Positions 10,460 through 19,647 of a stretch of 64,000 nt of DNA are shown piece after piece. The position numbers and the translations under genes were made by a program. This stretch comes from a virus: IMG/VR virus record IMGVR_UViG_3300008954_003312, positions 12,235 through 76,234 of that record. One strand, written 5' to 3'. How positions within the stretch are numbered: position 1 is the first letter of the stretch; each line of letters begins with the position of its first letter. A model generated the notes under the pieces. It was not told the origin of the DNA, did no database searches, and saw nothing but the letters and a program-made list of their open reading frames with translations.

Positions 10460-11108
10460 AAATGTCTTAGTCCTGGCAGCGCATCCTGATGACGAGACGC
10501 TGGGGTGTGGAGGCACTATTTCAAAACTTTCATCCCTGGGCTCTATAGTTAGGCTTTTAACATTTACTGACGGGATAAGCGCAAGAGAGCCCGGTCAGAG
10601 AGTTTCTCATCTTTCTCAAGTTTCTCAAAGATTGGGAATATTTCAATATAAGTCTTTTGATTTTCCTGATAATAAGATGGATTCCATACCCATTTTAGAT
10701 GTTGTAAAGAAAATAGAAAAATACATGGATGATGAATCTTTTAGGCCTGATTTAGTTCTAACACATTCTCCGTTTTGCTTGAACATTGATCATAAAGTTG
10801 TATATAATGCAACTATAACTGTATTTAGAGGTTTAGATATTTTTAGCCCTATAAAGATTATGTCCTATGAAGTTCCATCTTCTTCTGAGTGGAACTCACT
10901 TTCTAGCTTTGTTCCAAATTGCTATATTGACATCAAGTCTCAGCTAGAAGATAAGCTTGAAGCACTTTCTTTTTATAAAGATGAAATGAGAAATCATCCT
11001 CACCCTAGGTCATTTGAGAATATTAAAAGGCTTGCATCTGTCTATGGATCTCAATGTGGATTAGAGCTAGCTGAAAGATTTATGATTATTAGAGAGGTAA
11101 TTAAGTGA
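10434..11108 (+). CDS. PIG-L/LmbE family N-deacetylase
   Basis: AAHPDDETLGCGGT, TDG and DH motifs. Confidence 0.88.
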   Translation: MMQDLKKYKNVLVLAAHPDDETLGCGGTISKLSSLGSIVRLLTFTDGISAREPGQRVSHLSQVSQRLGIFQYKSFDFPDNKMDSIPILDVVKKIEKYMDDESFRPDLVLTHSPFCLNIDHKVVYNATITVFRGLDIFSPIKIMSYEVPSSSEWNSLSSFVPNCYIDIKSQLEDKLEALSFYKDEMRNHPHPRSFENIKRLASVYGSQCGLELAERFMIIREVIK

Positions 11109-11638
11109 TTAAGGGAGAAAAATGTTTTCTTACAGCAGTTAATCCAGATTCAATAGAGACTTTAAGGAACTGGAGAAACAATCCTAAGCTAAGAAGATAC
11201 TTTAGGGAATTTAGAGAGATTAGCAAGCCTATGCAGGAATCCTGGTATAGAGATAGAGTTCTAAACAATCCAAATCAATTTGATTTTGAAATACGAGATA
11301 AAGAAACAGGAAGCCTAATCGGACATTGTGGTCTTTATTACGTTAACTGGGTTAGTCGATCAGCAGAGTTTACTATATACATTGGTGACTTTAGCTTTAG
11401 GGGACAGGGAATAGGAAGTGATGCGCTTAGATCACTAATAAGATATGGATTTGATGATTTAAACCTTAATAGGATATGGTGCGAGGTTTATTCTAACAAT
11501 GATGCTATTCACATTTATGAAAAAATTGGATTTATTAAAGAGGGTGTTATGAGAGATCAGTACTATAGTGAAGGAAAGTATTGGGATAGTACAATCTTAT
11601 CAATGCTTAGCAGTGATTGGAAAAAAGAGCTTTCTTAG
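11105..11638 (+). CDS. GNAT N-acetyltransferase, PseH/RimL-like
   Basis: WRN.P, RGQGIG and N..AI..YEKIGF motifs. Confidence 0.82.
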   Translation: MIKGEKCFLTAVNPDSIETLRNWRNNPKLRRYFREFREISKPMQESWYRDRVLNNPNQFDFEIRDKETGSLIGHCGLYYVNWVSRSAEFTIYIGDFSFRGQGIGSDALRSLIRYGFDDLNLNRIWCEVYSNNDAIHIYEKIGFIKEGVMRDQYYSEGKYWDSTILSMLSSDWKKELS

Positions 11639-11647
11639 GATGTTAAA

Positions 11648-12514
11648 ATGAGTTTTAAATATAATATAGGAATTATTGGAAATGGATTTGTGGGATCATC
11701 GATCACTGCTGGATTTGGCTTACATGCAAATATAAAGATATATGATAAGAATCCATCTAAGTCTATGAATTCAATTGAAGACACAGTAAATAATTCTGAT
11801 TTCATATTTGTATCAGTTCCGACTCCCATGAGAAATGTAACAGGTGGAAAGATTGATTTATTGATAATGGATTCTGTTTTTGAGGAGATAAGCAGAGTTA
11901 ATAAAAGAGATGATAATATCTTTATAGTTAAGTCTACTGTTGTTCCTGGGACTGTTGAAAGATATGTTGAGATGTATCCGAAAATGAATATTATATTTAG
12001 TCCTGAATTCTTAACGGAAAGAGCAGCTAGACTTGACTTTATTAATACAGCTAGAATAGTCCTAGGGGGAGACATGGCGCTTCTCGATAGGGCTGAGAGT
12101 TTATTTAGAGAAAGATTTCCTCACACTAAGATTATAAAAACAGATCTTGCCACAGCGCAATTTATAAAGTACATGGCGAACTGTTTCTTCTCAGTTAAGC
12201 TTTCTTTTATGAATGAGATGCTTCAAGCTGCAGAGGCATTTCAAGTAGACTGGGCTAGAGCGATTGAGGGATTTATTACAGACGGCAGAATTGGAAATTC
12301 GCATATTGACATTCCGGGACATGATGGATCGAGAGGTTTCGGTGGCAAATGCTTTCCAAAAGATCTTAATGCATTTATTGGCTTTTTTGAAGATGTGGGT
12401 GTTGATCCTACGGTTATGAAAGCTGCCTGGAGAAAAAATTTGGAAGTTAGAGATGATCACGACTGGGCTACAATAGAGGGCGCTGTAAGTGAAAATACTA
12501 AAGAAGGAGACTAG
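11648..12514 (+). CDS. UDP-glucose/GDP-mannose dehydrogenase family protein (short form)
   Basis: GNGFVG, VPTP, KSTVVPGT, PEFL, KY..N and GFGGKCFPKD motifs. Confidence 0.85.
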   Translation: MSFKYNIGIIGNGFVGSSITAGFGLHANIKIYDKNPSKSMNSIEDTVNNSDFIFVSVPTPMRNVTGGKIDLLIMDSVFEEISRVNKRDDNIFIVKSTVVPGTVERYVEMYPKMNIIFSPEFLTERAARLDFINTARIVLGGDMALLDRAESLFRERFPHTKIIKTDLATAQFIKYMANCFFSVKLSFMNEMLQAAEAFQVDWARAIEGFITDGRIGNSHIDIPGHDGSRGFGGKCFPKDLNAFIGFFEDVGVDPTVMKAAWRKNLEVRDDHDWATIEGAVSENTKEGD

Positions 12515-12519
12515 AACTT

Positions 12520-13320
12520 ATGAATAATTTTCCAACTGGAAAGCCTCACATTTCTTTTTCTGAGATAAAACAGTGGAAGGAATGCCCGTGGAGGCACAAG
12601 CTTTTGTATATTGATAAGATTGATCTATTTGAACCCTCACCCCATCTTGACTATGGGACTAGCGTTCACAATGCCTGTGAAAGCTATTTAAAGACTGGTC
12701 AGATGATAACTGAATCAGCAGAAATAGAAATTCGAGAAGCATTTGAAAAAAATGGAAAAACATGGTATGAACAAGGTCATCCTCATGTTGACACCTGGGT
12801 AGATTGGGCCAAGGTTAGCCTTGATGCTCTCCCAGCATATTTTGATGAGATGTTCGGAGATTGGCAAGCAGTCGAGGCTGAAGAGTATCTTTATGAAGAG
12901 ATCGAGGGTAAAGAGATAAAGTTTAAAGGTTTTATTGATGCCATTATTAAAACTAAGAACAAAAAAGGAAAAGAAATCTATTGGATTCTTGACTATAAGA
13001 CAGCACCTAAATATGGCTGGCGTCGAGAGAAAAAGCAGAGCATTCTTATGACAGCCCAGTTAATTCTATATAAGCACTTTTGGGCTAGAAAGCACTCTGT
13101 GGCCCTCGAAGACATTCGATGCGGTTTTATATTAATGAAGAGAGGAAGTAAGCCAGAGAAGTCCTGTGAGCTTGTAGCAGTATCTGTGGGACCAAAGACA
13201 CTAGAGCGAGGAATAAAAATGATGAATAACATGATATATTCTGTTAAGACAAGAATGTTTCTAAAAAATAGAGATTCTTGTAAGTGGTGTCAGTATAAGA
13301 ATACTAATCATTGTACTTGA
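12520..13320 (+). CDS. PD-(D/E)XK nuclease, Cas4/AddB-like
   Basis: S.S.I..W.ECP, GTSVH, GFIDAI, DYKT, QL.LY and a terminal CKWC...C cluster. Confidence 0.85.
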   Translation: MNNFPTGKPHISFSEIKQWKECPWRHKLLYIDKIDLFEPSPHLDYGTSVHNACESYLKTGQMITESAEIEIREAFEKNGKTWYEQGHPHVDTWVDWAKVSLDALPAYFDEMFGDWQAVEAEEYLYEEIEGKEIKFKGFIDAIIKTKNKKGKEIYWILDYKTAPKYGWRREKKQSILMTAQLILYKHFWARKHSVALEDIRCGFILMKRGSKPEKSCELVAVSVGPKTLERGIKMMNNMIYSVKTRMFLKNRDSCKWCQYKNTNHCT

Positions 13321-13365
13321 TTTACTGGATGTTATCTAAGGGTAATATTTCCTATAGGAGAATAC

Positions 13366-14610
13366 ATGGAAAAGAAAAAGGTTTTAATTCTATCTGATCA
13401 TGCTCTTTCAACATCAGGTGTTGGAACTCAGACAAGACATTTAGTCTCAGGGCTATTAGAAAAAGAATTTTGGACTTTTAGACAGTTTGGAGCTGCATTA
13501 AAGCATTCAGACTATAGAACTGTTGTTGTTAATGATGATTTTATAATTAAGCCCATTGACGGATTTGGAAATAGAGATCTAATAAGGATTACTCTTGCTA
13601 CAGAGAGGCCTGAAATTCTTTTTATATTTACTGATCCAAGATTCTTTATTTGGCTTTTTGAAATGGAGGACGAAGTTCATCAGGTATGTCCCGTTGCTTG
13701 GTGGCATGTCTGGGACAATCTTCCCTATCCTAATTACAATCAGGAGCTTTATGACTCAACTGATCTAATAAATTGTCATTCATATCTAACATATCAGATG
13801 TGCAATGATCATTTTTCTGAAAAGACAAACTTTATTCCACATTCAATTCCAGAAAATATATTTTTTCCGCTACCAGATGTTCAAAAGAAACAGTTTAAAG
13901 AACAGATACTTGGAAAAGATAGAGTAGATCATTTCGTTGGTATCTGGGTAAATAGAAATGCAAAAAGAAAAAGACCCAGTGATGTCATCGAGTCCTGGAA
14001 GATATTTTTAGATGACATTGAAAAGAAGCACGGTCATAGAAATGCAACACTTATAATGCATACAGACCCACAGGATCCAGAAGGCCCAAATCTTTTTATG
14101 GTTACAGAGCTATTTGGAGTTCAGAATAACATATTCTTTTCAAAGGAAAGACTTGACTTTGACAAGATGAATATTCTTTACAATATTTCAGATTTTTGTC
14201 TAAATGTAAGCTACGCTGAGGGATTCGGGCTTACTACACTAGAAGCTATGCAGTCTGGAATACCAATAGTTGCTGCCAAGACTGGTGGGCTGACTAGGCA
14301 AGTCGTTGATCATAGGGATGGTTCAGAAAATGGAATTGCTCTTGATATAGAGTTGCAAACACTAGTAGGATCTCAGCAGGTTCCATACATCTATGAAGAT
14401 TATGTTTCTTGTCAGTCTATTGCAAATGGAATACAGTCGCTTTATGAAATGCCTGAAAAAAAGAAAAAGAAGCTAGGAGAGAAAGCAAGAAACTATGTTC
14501 TCTCTGAGTTTGCATATCAGGATACAGTTGATAAGTGGCACAGTACCATGAAAGATCTTGTTGAAAATTGGAAAGATGAATACAAGAGCTGGGAATGCAT
14601 AGAGATTTAA
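13366..14610 (+). CDS. Glycosyltransferase family 4
   Basis: SGVG N-terminal loop, RNAKRK and EGFGLTTLEAMQSGIP motif. Confidence 0.88.
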   Translation: MEKKKVLILSDHALSTSGVGTQTRHLVSGLLEKEFWTFRQFGAALKHSDYRTVVVNDDFIIKPIDGFGNRDLIRITLATERPEILFIFTDPRFFIWLFEMEDEVHQVCPVAWWHVWDNLPYPNYNQELYDSTDLINCHSYLTYQMCNDHFSEKTNFIPHSIPENIFFPLPDVQKKQFKEQILGKDRVDHFVGIWVNRNAKRKRPSDVIESWKIFLDDIEKKHGHRNATLIMHTDPQDPEGPNLFMVTELFGVQNNIFFSKERLDFDKMNILYNISDFCLNVSYAEGFGLTTLEAMQSGIPIVAAKTGGLTRQVVDHRDGSENGIALDIELQTLVGSQQVPYIYEDYVSCQSIANGIQSLYEMPEKKKKKLGEKARNYVLSEFAYQDTVDKWHSTMKDLVENWKDEYKSWECIEI

Positions 14611-14626
14611 TTTGGAGATATGATAA

Positions 14627-15790
14627 TTGATTAAGGTTTTATTAAGAGCACCCGTTTTAACTGTAAGCGGCTATGGAATTCACTCAAGACAGGTTTTTAA
14701 GTGGCTAGAGTCTAGAAAGAATGTAGACTTGTATGTCCAGCCGTTAAACTGGGGAAATACAACGTGGCTTATTAATCCAGACATAGAAGATGGTCTAGTG
14801 AGTAGAATAATGGAAAAGTCAAGAGAGCACAATGGAAAGTATGACATCTCTTTCCAAGTCCAGCTCCCAGATGAGTGGGACACCTCTCTAGCTAAAAAGA
14901 ATGTTGGAATTTCTGCTTTTGTTGAGACAGATAGATGTAATCCAAAATGGATAGATTCAATTAATAGCATGGATGCTGTTATTGTGCCAACAACACACAC
15001 AAGAGATATTATTAAAAACACTGGATCTACAAGAACACCTATACATGTAATTCCCGAGTCTTATTTGGATAAAATAGATGACAGTGAAATTTTACCACTT
15101 GACCTTCCTATAAAGACAGATTTTAACTTTTTAGTTGTTGGTCAGTTTACTGGAAATGATCCGTGGAATGATAGAAAAAATATTTTTTATACAATTAAAT
15201 GGTTTTGCGAAGCGTTTAGAGATGATCCTGATGTAGGCTTGATAGTAAAATCTAATCACGGCAGGAGTACAAGAATCGATAGAAGGATAACAAAATCTGC
15301 ACTAAAGGGGATATTAGATGAAGTAAGGATCGGTCCATTTCCAAGAGTCCATCTTCTACATGGTCTAATGAGTGAAGAGGACATGACTGGTCTATATAGA
15401 AGAGACGATGTTAAGTGTCTTATAAGTTTGACAAGAGGAGAGGGATTTGGACTCCCGATGCTAGAAGCAGCTGCCTCTGGGATTCCTGTAATTGCAACTA
15501 ACTGGTCAGGTCATTTAGACTTTCTTGGTCTTGGAAAGTTCTTACCTATAAACTATTCTCTTGGTGAGATACCGGAAAATAAGCCCGATGATAGAATATT
15601 TTTTAAGGGAATGAGATGGGCACAGCCCAGTGAGGAAGATTTTAAGAAAAAGGTCGTTAAATTCAGACAAAAGCCCAGTCTTCCTACTAAGTGGGCAGAT
15701 GATCTATCTAAAAAGATCAAGAATAAGTTCTCTATCAGTGAAATCTGTAGAGAATATGATAGGTTTCTACATCGGGAATTTAACATATGA
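14627..15790 (+). CDS. Glycosyltransferase family 4
   Basis: SGYG, DRKN and RGEGFGLPMLEAAASGIP motifs. Confidence 0.88.
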   Translation: MIKVLLRAPVLTVSGYGIHSRQVFKWLESRKNVDLYVQPLNWGNTTWLINPDIEDGLVSRIMEKSREHNGKYDISFQVQLPDEWDTSLAKKNVGISAFVETDRCNPKWIDSINSMDAVIVPTTHTRDIIKNTGSTRTPIHVIPESYLDKIDDSEILPLDLPIKTDFNFLVVGQFTGNDPWNDRKNIFYTIKWFCEAFRDDPDVGLIVKSNHGRSTRIDRRITKSALKGILDEVRIGPFPRVHLLHGLMSEEDMTGLYRRDDVKCLISLTRGEGFGLPMLEAAASGIPVIATNWSGHLDFLGLGKFLPINYSLGEIPENKPDDRIFFKGMRWAQPSEEDFKKKVVKFRQKPSLPTKWADDLSKKIKNKFSISEICREYDRFLHREFNI

Positions 15791-16083
15791 CATCTCTTGA
15801 GATAATTCTGATTGTAGTTTGTCTCTTTCTTCTAGTTTTGACTCTCGTTTCTTTTTATTTTAATTTAAAGTTTGGTAAATTAATTTTAGATTTACAGGAT
15901 TCAATAGAGGGATCTCTTGACGTTCTTGACAGAGGGTATTTATCAATGTCTAAAGTTCTTGAAAAGCCTATTTTTTTTGACTCTTTAGAGATTAGACAGG
16001 TAGTTTCAGAAATTAAGAAATGTCGTGACTCTATATTGCTTGTTGCAAATAATATGACATCTAATTTTGAAAACAATAATTAA
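15787..16083 (+). CDS. Small membrane-anchored protein
   Basis: One N-terminal hydrophobic helix; ATGA overlap with the upstream glycosyltransferase gene. Confidence 0.6.
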   Translation: MTSLEIILIVVCLFLLVLTLVSFYFNLKFGKLILDLQDSIEGSLDVLDRGYLSMSKVLEKPIFFDSLEIRQVVSEIKKCRDSILLVANNMTSNFENNN

Positions 16084-16092
16084 AATCTATTA

Positions 16093-16824
16093 ATGAAAAA
16101 AAAATTTAAAAGAATTAGAAGAAAGAAAGGGTCAAAGTCTAATCTGTACTTTGATTTAAATACTCATAATGCTATAGTTAAATTTCAAAATAATGAATGT
16201 GAAAAAGAAAGATCTAAAATATATATAAATGAAATATTTCCAGCATTTGATAAGCTAGTTGAGAATCTTATTTTTATTCACGGTTTTTCAAAGCCGTTTG
16301 GAGACCATGTTAGTCTAAAAAGTGACTGTGTGACATTTCTATATGAGACATTAGAAAAATTTGATCCATCTAGAGGGACTAAGGCTTTTTCTTATTTTAA
16401 TGTAGTAGCAAAAAACTGGCTAATAATTCAAAGTAAAAAGAGAATCAAGAGCAACAGAAGGCATGTTAGCATTGATGATATCCTATCTCTAAGTCATGGA
16501 GATAAAATTGCAATTGAGACTCATAAGACTGTTCCAGCACAAGATAGTAAAATTATAAAAAGAGAGTCAATTGAAAGTTTATTTCAATTGATGGAAAATA
16601 TTAGACACCGGCTTAAGAATGAAAATGAAATTGCTTGCATGGAAGCCATTATAACATTATTTAAAAATATAGAAGATCTAGATCTTTTAAATAAGCGAGC
16701 TGTTTTTGTCTACATGAGAGATCTTTCTAACCTTAATCCAAAACAGCTTTCTGTTGCTATGTCTGTGATAAGAAAGCACTATAAGGACCTACTTAAGACT
16801 GGAGATTTTGACGTATTTTTTTAG
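16093..16824 (+). CDS. Phage late sigma factor (T4 gp55-like)
   Basis: EKFDPSRGTKAFSYFNVVAKN matches sigma region 2; it precedes the structural genes. Confidence 0.7.
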   Translation: MKKKFKRIRRKKGSKSNLYFDLNTHNAIVKFQNNECEKERSKIYINEIFPAFDKLVENLIFIHGFSKPFGDHVSLKSDCVTFLYETLEKFDPSRGTKAFSYFNVVAKNWLIIQSKKRIKSNRRHVSIDDILSLSHGDKIAIETHKTVPAQDSKIIKRESIESLFQLMENIRHRLKNENEIACMEAIITLFKNIEDLDLLNKRAVFVYMRDLSNLNPKQLSVAMSVIRKHYKDLLKTGDFDVFF

Positions 16825-16836
16825 GATTTAAAAAAA

Positions 16837-17205
16837 ATGAGTAAGGCAATTGAAAAACAGATAGACAGGCTAAAAGAAAAAGAGCAAAAGATAGAGAGAT
16901 TTTCAGACATACTTGACTCTCTGACTAGCACAGAAGATAGAAAGAAACTTTTATGGAAAGAAGTCTATGAAAATGCAATCAATGATAGAGAGAGTGCTAA
17001 TACACTCTTTACTGACTTATTAATTCAATGTAAGGGCAACGCATCAAATCACAGCCTATTTGGCCAGCTTATGTCAAAGTATCTTGAGAGAATGTCAAAA
17101 AGCAATGATCAAATCTTAAGACTCGCTGAGATTATATCTAAAGAGGATCAGGTTACTGTAGATCCAAACGCAATTTTTGATCAAATAAGAGAAGAGAATG
17201 CGTAG
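16837..17205 (+). CDS. Hypothetical helical protein
   Basis: Well-placed ORF with coiled-coil-like sequence, overlapping the next gene. Confidence 0.55.
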   Translation: MSKAIEKQIDRLKEKEQKIERFSDILDSLTSTEDRKKLLWKEVYENAINDRESANTLFTDLLIQCKGNASNHSLFGQLMSKYLERMSKSNDQILRLAEIISKEDQVTVDPNAIFDQIREENA

Positions 17206-18700
17206 AAGACCTGACGGAACATCACACAACGATGCATCAGAGCAATTTGGTGATCTTAGACGAAGACTGTCTCGATCACGGAGGATTTTATATTCTGCTG
17301 TTGTGACAGAGTTTATAACTAATCCTGGAATTTTTAGTGATGATGAGGCAGAGTCTCTTAAGGTGGGAGAAATGAGTGTACAAAACCCACAGTATGTGGA
17401 CAAGATGCCTAGAAATTCAATACTTGCTAGATTAATCTCTGATGGAAAAGGAAGATCACAAAAAAAACCCCAGATATTTTATCCATTTTTTTCTCCTCAT
17501 CTCTCGATGCCAGTTAAGACAGGAGAGCAGGTCTGGGTTATATTTGAGACACCCGATGCTTCTCTTGGATATTGGATTAGTAGAAAGGCAACAAATCTCT
17601 CTGTTGATGATCTAAACTATACACACCTAGATAGAGTCACAGTATCTCGCCCGACAGGCGAGCTGACAACAAAGGAAAAATATGACAGCTCTAGCGACAC
17701 TGATTCTTCTGACTTAGACGCTGTTCTTGCAGAAGCATACGGCTATCCTATGGGCGGTCGTGGTCGACAGGCTAACAATACACTTTGGTCCAGAACTGGA
17801 GATGAAAATCCGTATGATGTGATAGTTGATTCTTCTATTTCATATAACAATTACTTTGTCGGAGAGCCAGTCCCAAGATTCACGAAGGCACCTGCGGGTC
17901 TCACACTACAGGGATCAAATAATACACTTATATCACTGGATAGAGATAGATCAGCTGGGCTAGAAGAGATCTCTAGCACAGAAGATTATGGGAGGGGAAC
18001 AATTGATATAGTTGCTGGTCGAGGACAGACAGATTCTACAGATGCTGTAGGAGATCCGTATATGAATACTAGAGGATATCACGAAATAGATAAGACGCCT
18101 GCTCTAAGTGGAGCTTCTAGCAGCGCTAGTTCTGATGAAGTAGATAGATACGGAAATTTTAATGCTGAGGGAGACTTAGACTTTGAAAATGATCTATCAA
18201 GAATTTATGTTTCAATGAAGACAGATGGAGATGCTAACTTTGGAATTAGCGAGCTAACAGATGTATCAGACGGAGCTGCTGTGGTAGCAGACTCTGGTGA
18301 TGACGCTTATTGTATAATAAATTCTAATCACACGAGAATAATATCTGAAACTGACGGATCTATTAAGATAGTCAAGAAAGGTGATAATGAGGCATCAGTC
18401 GTTATTAGCTCAGATGGAAAGATAACAATTATGGGATCTGAGATCTATATGGGTAAGTCATCAGGCGGAGCGGTGCATCCATTTACCTGGGCTGATACCC
18501 TCGAAGATCTCTTGGAAGCCTGGCAGGCTTCAATTGAATCTACTATAACAAGTGCAGGAAATGCTCTTCTGGGATCTTTTGTCACTCCGGTTGTGGGTGG
18601 GCCAGATGCTGCATGTTTAACAGCCGGCGCGGAGATGATTGGTTTTACTCTAGATACACCGGTAGGTGTTTTTAAATCGGAAGTTATAAAAGGAGAGTGA
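17198..18700 (+). CDS. Baseplate central spike/hub protein (gp5/VgrG-like)
   Basis: OB-fold-like PVKTGEQVWVIFE, beta-strand repeats near the C-terminus, and position upstream of the gp25- and gp6-like genes. Confidence 0.55.
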   Translation: MRRRPDGTSHNDASEQFGDLRRRLSRSRRILYSAVVTEFITNPGIFSDDEAESLKVGEMSVQNPQYVDKMPRNSILARLISDGKGRSQKKPQIFYPFFSPHLSMPVKTGEQVWVIFETPDASLGYWISRKATNLSVDDLNYTHLDRVTVSRPTGELTTKEKYDSSSDTDSSDLDAVLAEAYGYPMGGRGRQANNTLWSRTGDENPYDVIVDSSISYNNYFVGEPVPRFTKAPAGLTLQGSNNTLISLDRDRSAGLEEISSTEDYGRGTIDIVAGRGQTDSTDAVGDPYMNTRGYHEIDKTPALSGASSSASSDEVDRYGNFNAEGDLDFENDLSRIYVSMKTDGDANFGISELTDVSDGAAVVADSGDDAYCIINSNHTRIISETDGSIKIVKKGDNEASVVISSDGKITIMGSEIYMGKSSGGAVHPFTWADTLEDLLEAWQASIESTITSAGNALLGSFVTPVVGGPDAACLTAGAEMIGFTLDTPVGVFKSEVIKGE

Positions 18701-18701
18701 C

Positions 18702-19100
18702 ATGGCATTAGACATAGAATTGCTCAAAACTAACATCCTGGAAGCTTTTGATGCGGCTAGTGATATTGACATAAAAGAATATACAGATGAAATTACAGGC
18801 GATATTGATATCCCATCATTCTCTGCTGCAGCAATGGGAGCAATGGCATCAGCATTTGCTGAGGCTATAAACACCTTTGTCACAAGCGCTGAGGTTGAAA
18901 TAACAGGTGCTAGCTTTGATAATGGTACACTCAATGGAAATATAGTTGTTTTTGATGATAAGAATGAAAATACTGATGGAGTTAAGTACTATCTATCACG
19001 GCCAACTAGCTTGAGTGCAATTGATTTTGATACAACAAGATGGCAAGGAGAGGCATATGTTACAGGTGACGTTACAATTTCAGATGGGAAGTTGAAATAG
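18702..19100 (+). CDS. Hypothetical acidic structural protein
   Basis: SD AGGAG; lies between the spike and gp25-like genes. Confidence 0.5.
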   Translation: MALDIELLKTNILEAFDAASDIDIKEYTDEITGDIDIPSFSAAAMGAMASAFAEAINTFVTSAEVEITGASFDNGTLNGNIVVFDDKNENTDGVKYYLSRPTSLSAIDFDTTRWQGEAYVTGDVTISDGKLK

Positions 19101-19151
19101 TTTTCTTTCATTCTTTCCTTGATTATATTTAATAACTGAAGGAAGATTATC

Positions 19152-19646
19152 ATGGCCACAGATGAAGTGTATGACTTCAATTCAGTTGGTGTTCAAACCA
19201 ATGACCCAAGATTCTCTCGGGTTGCTGATTCAAGTCCAATAGGGATACAGACGCCCTTGAGACTAGATTCATCTAGGGGCGGCCCGTTTAAGATGAACTT
19301 TAATGTCTATGATCAGATTAAGGATAATCTTAGGAATCTGATTTTAACAAATAACGGGGATAGACTTGGACGCTATATACATGGAGGAAATCTTCTTGAG
19401 CTTTGCACTGAGTTTGTGTCTAAGAAGTCTTTTGATTCTGAGGCCATGATAAGAATAAAGACTGCTGTTGCAAAAAGCATGCCGTATGTCGAACTTTCAA
19501 CATTTGAGTCTGAAGTTAGATCGATACCTAGGGATCCTGCAAAGCCTGAAGGGATGTCTTTAATCTCTATTAAAGTTGCATATTCAATTCCAAGATTGAG
19601 ATCATCAAATAATGCTTTAGAATTTATACTTTATATAATGGGTTAA
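19152..19646 (+). CDS. Baseplate wedge protein, gp25-like
   Basis: QIKDNLRNLILTNNGDR motif and MPYVEL. Confidence 0.8.
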   Translation: MATDEVYDFNSVGVQTNDPRFSRVADSSPIGIQTPLRLDSSRGGPFKMNFNVYDQIKDNLRNLILTNNGDRLGRYIHGGNLLELCTEFVSKKSFDSEAMIRIKTAVAKSMPYVELSTFESEVRSIPRDPAKPEGMSLISIKVAYSIPRLRSSNNALEFILYIMG

Positions 19647-19647
19647 T

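Noticed and set aside
12520-13320. CRISPR-Cas locus
   Set aside because: Only a solo Cas4-like gene is present; no repeat-spacer array or other cas genes were seen.
1-15790. Host O-antigen or capsule locus flanking a prophage
   Set aside because: There is no wzx/wzy/ABC exporter, integrase or att site, and the block is continuous in strand and spacing with phage genes; the region upstream of the window cannot be assessed.
15787-16083. Holin or spanin
   Set aside because: There is no adjacent endolysin or lipoprotein partner; a single TM helix is insufficient evidence.
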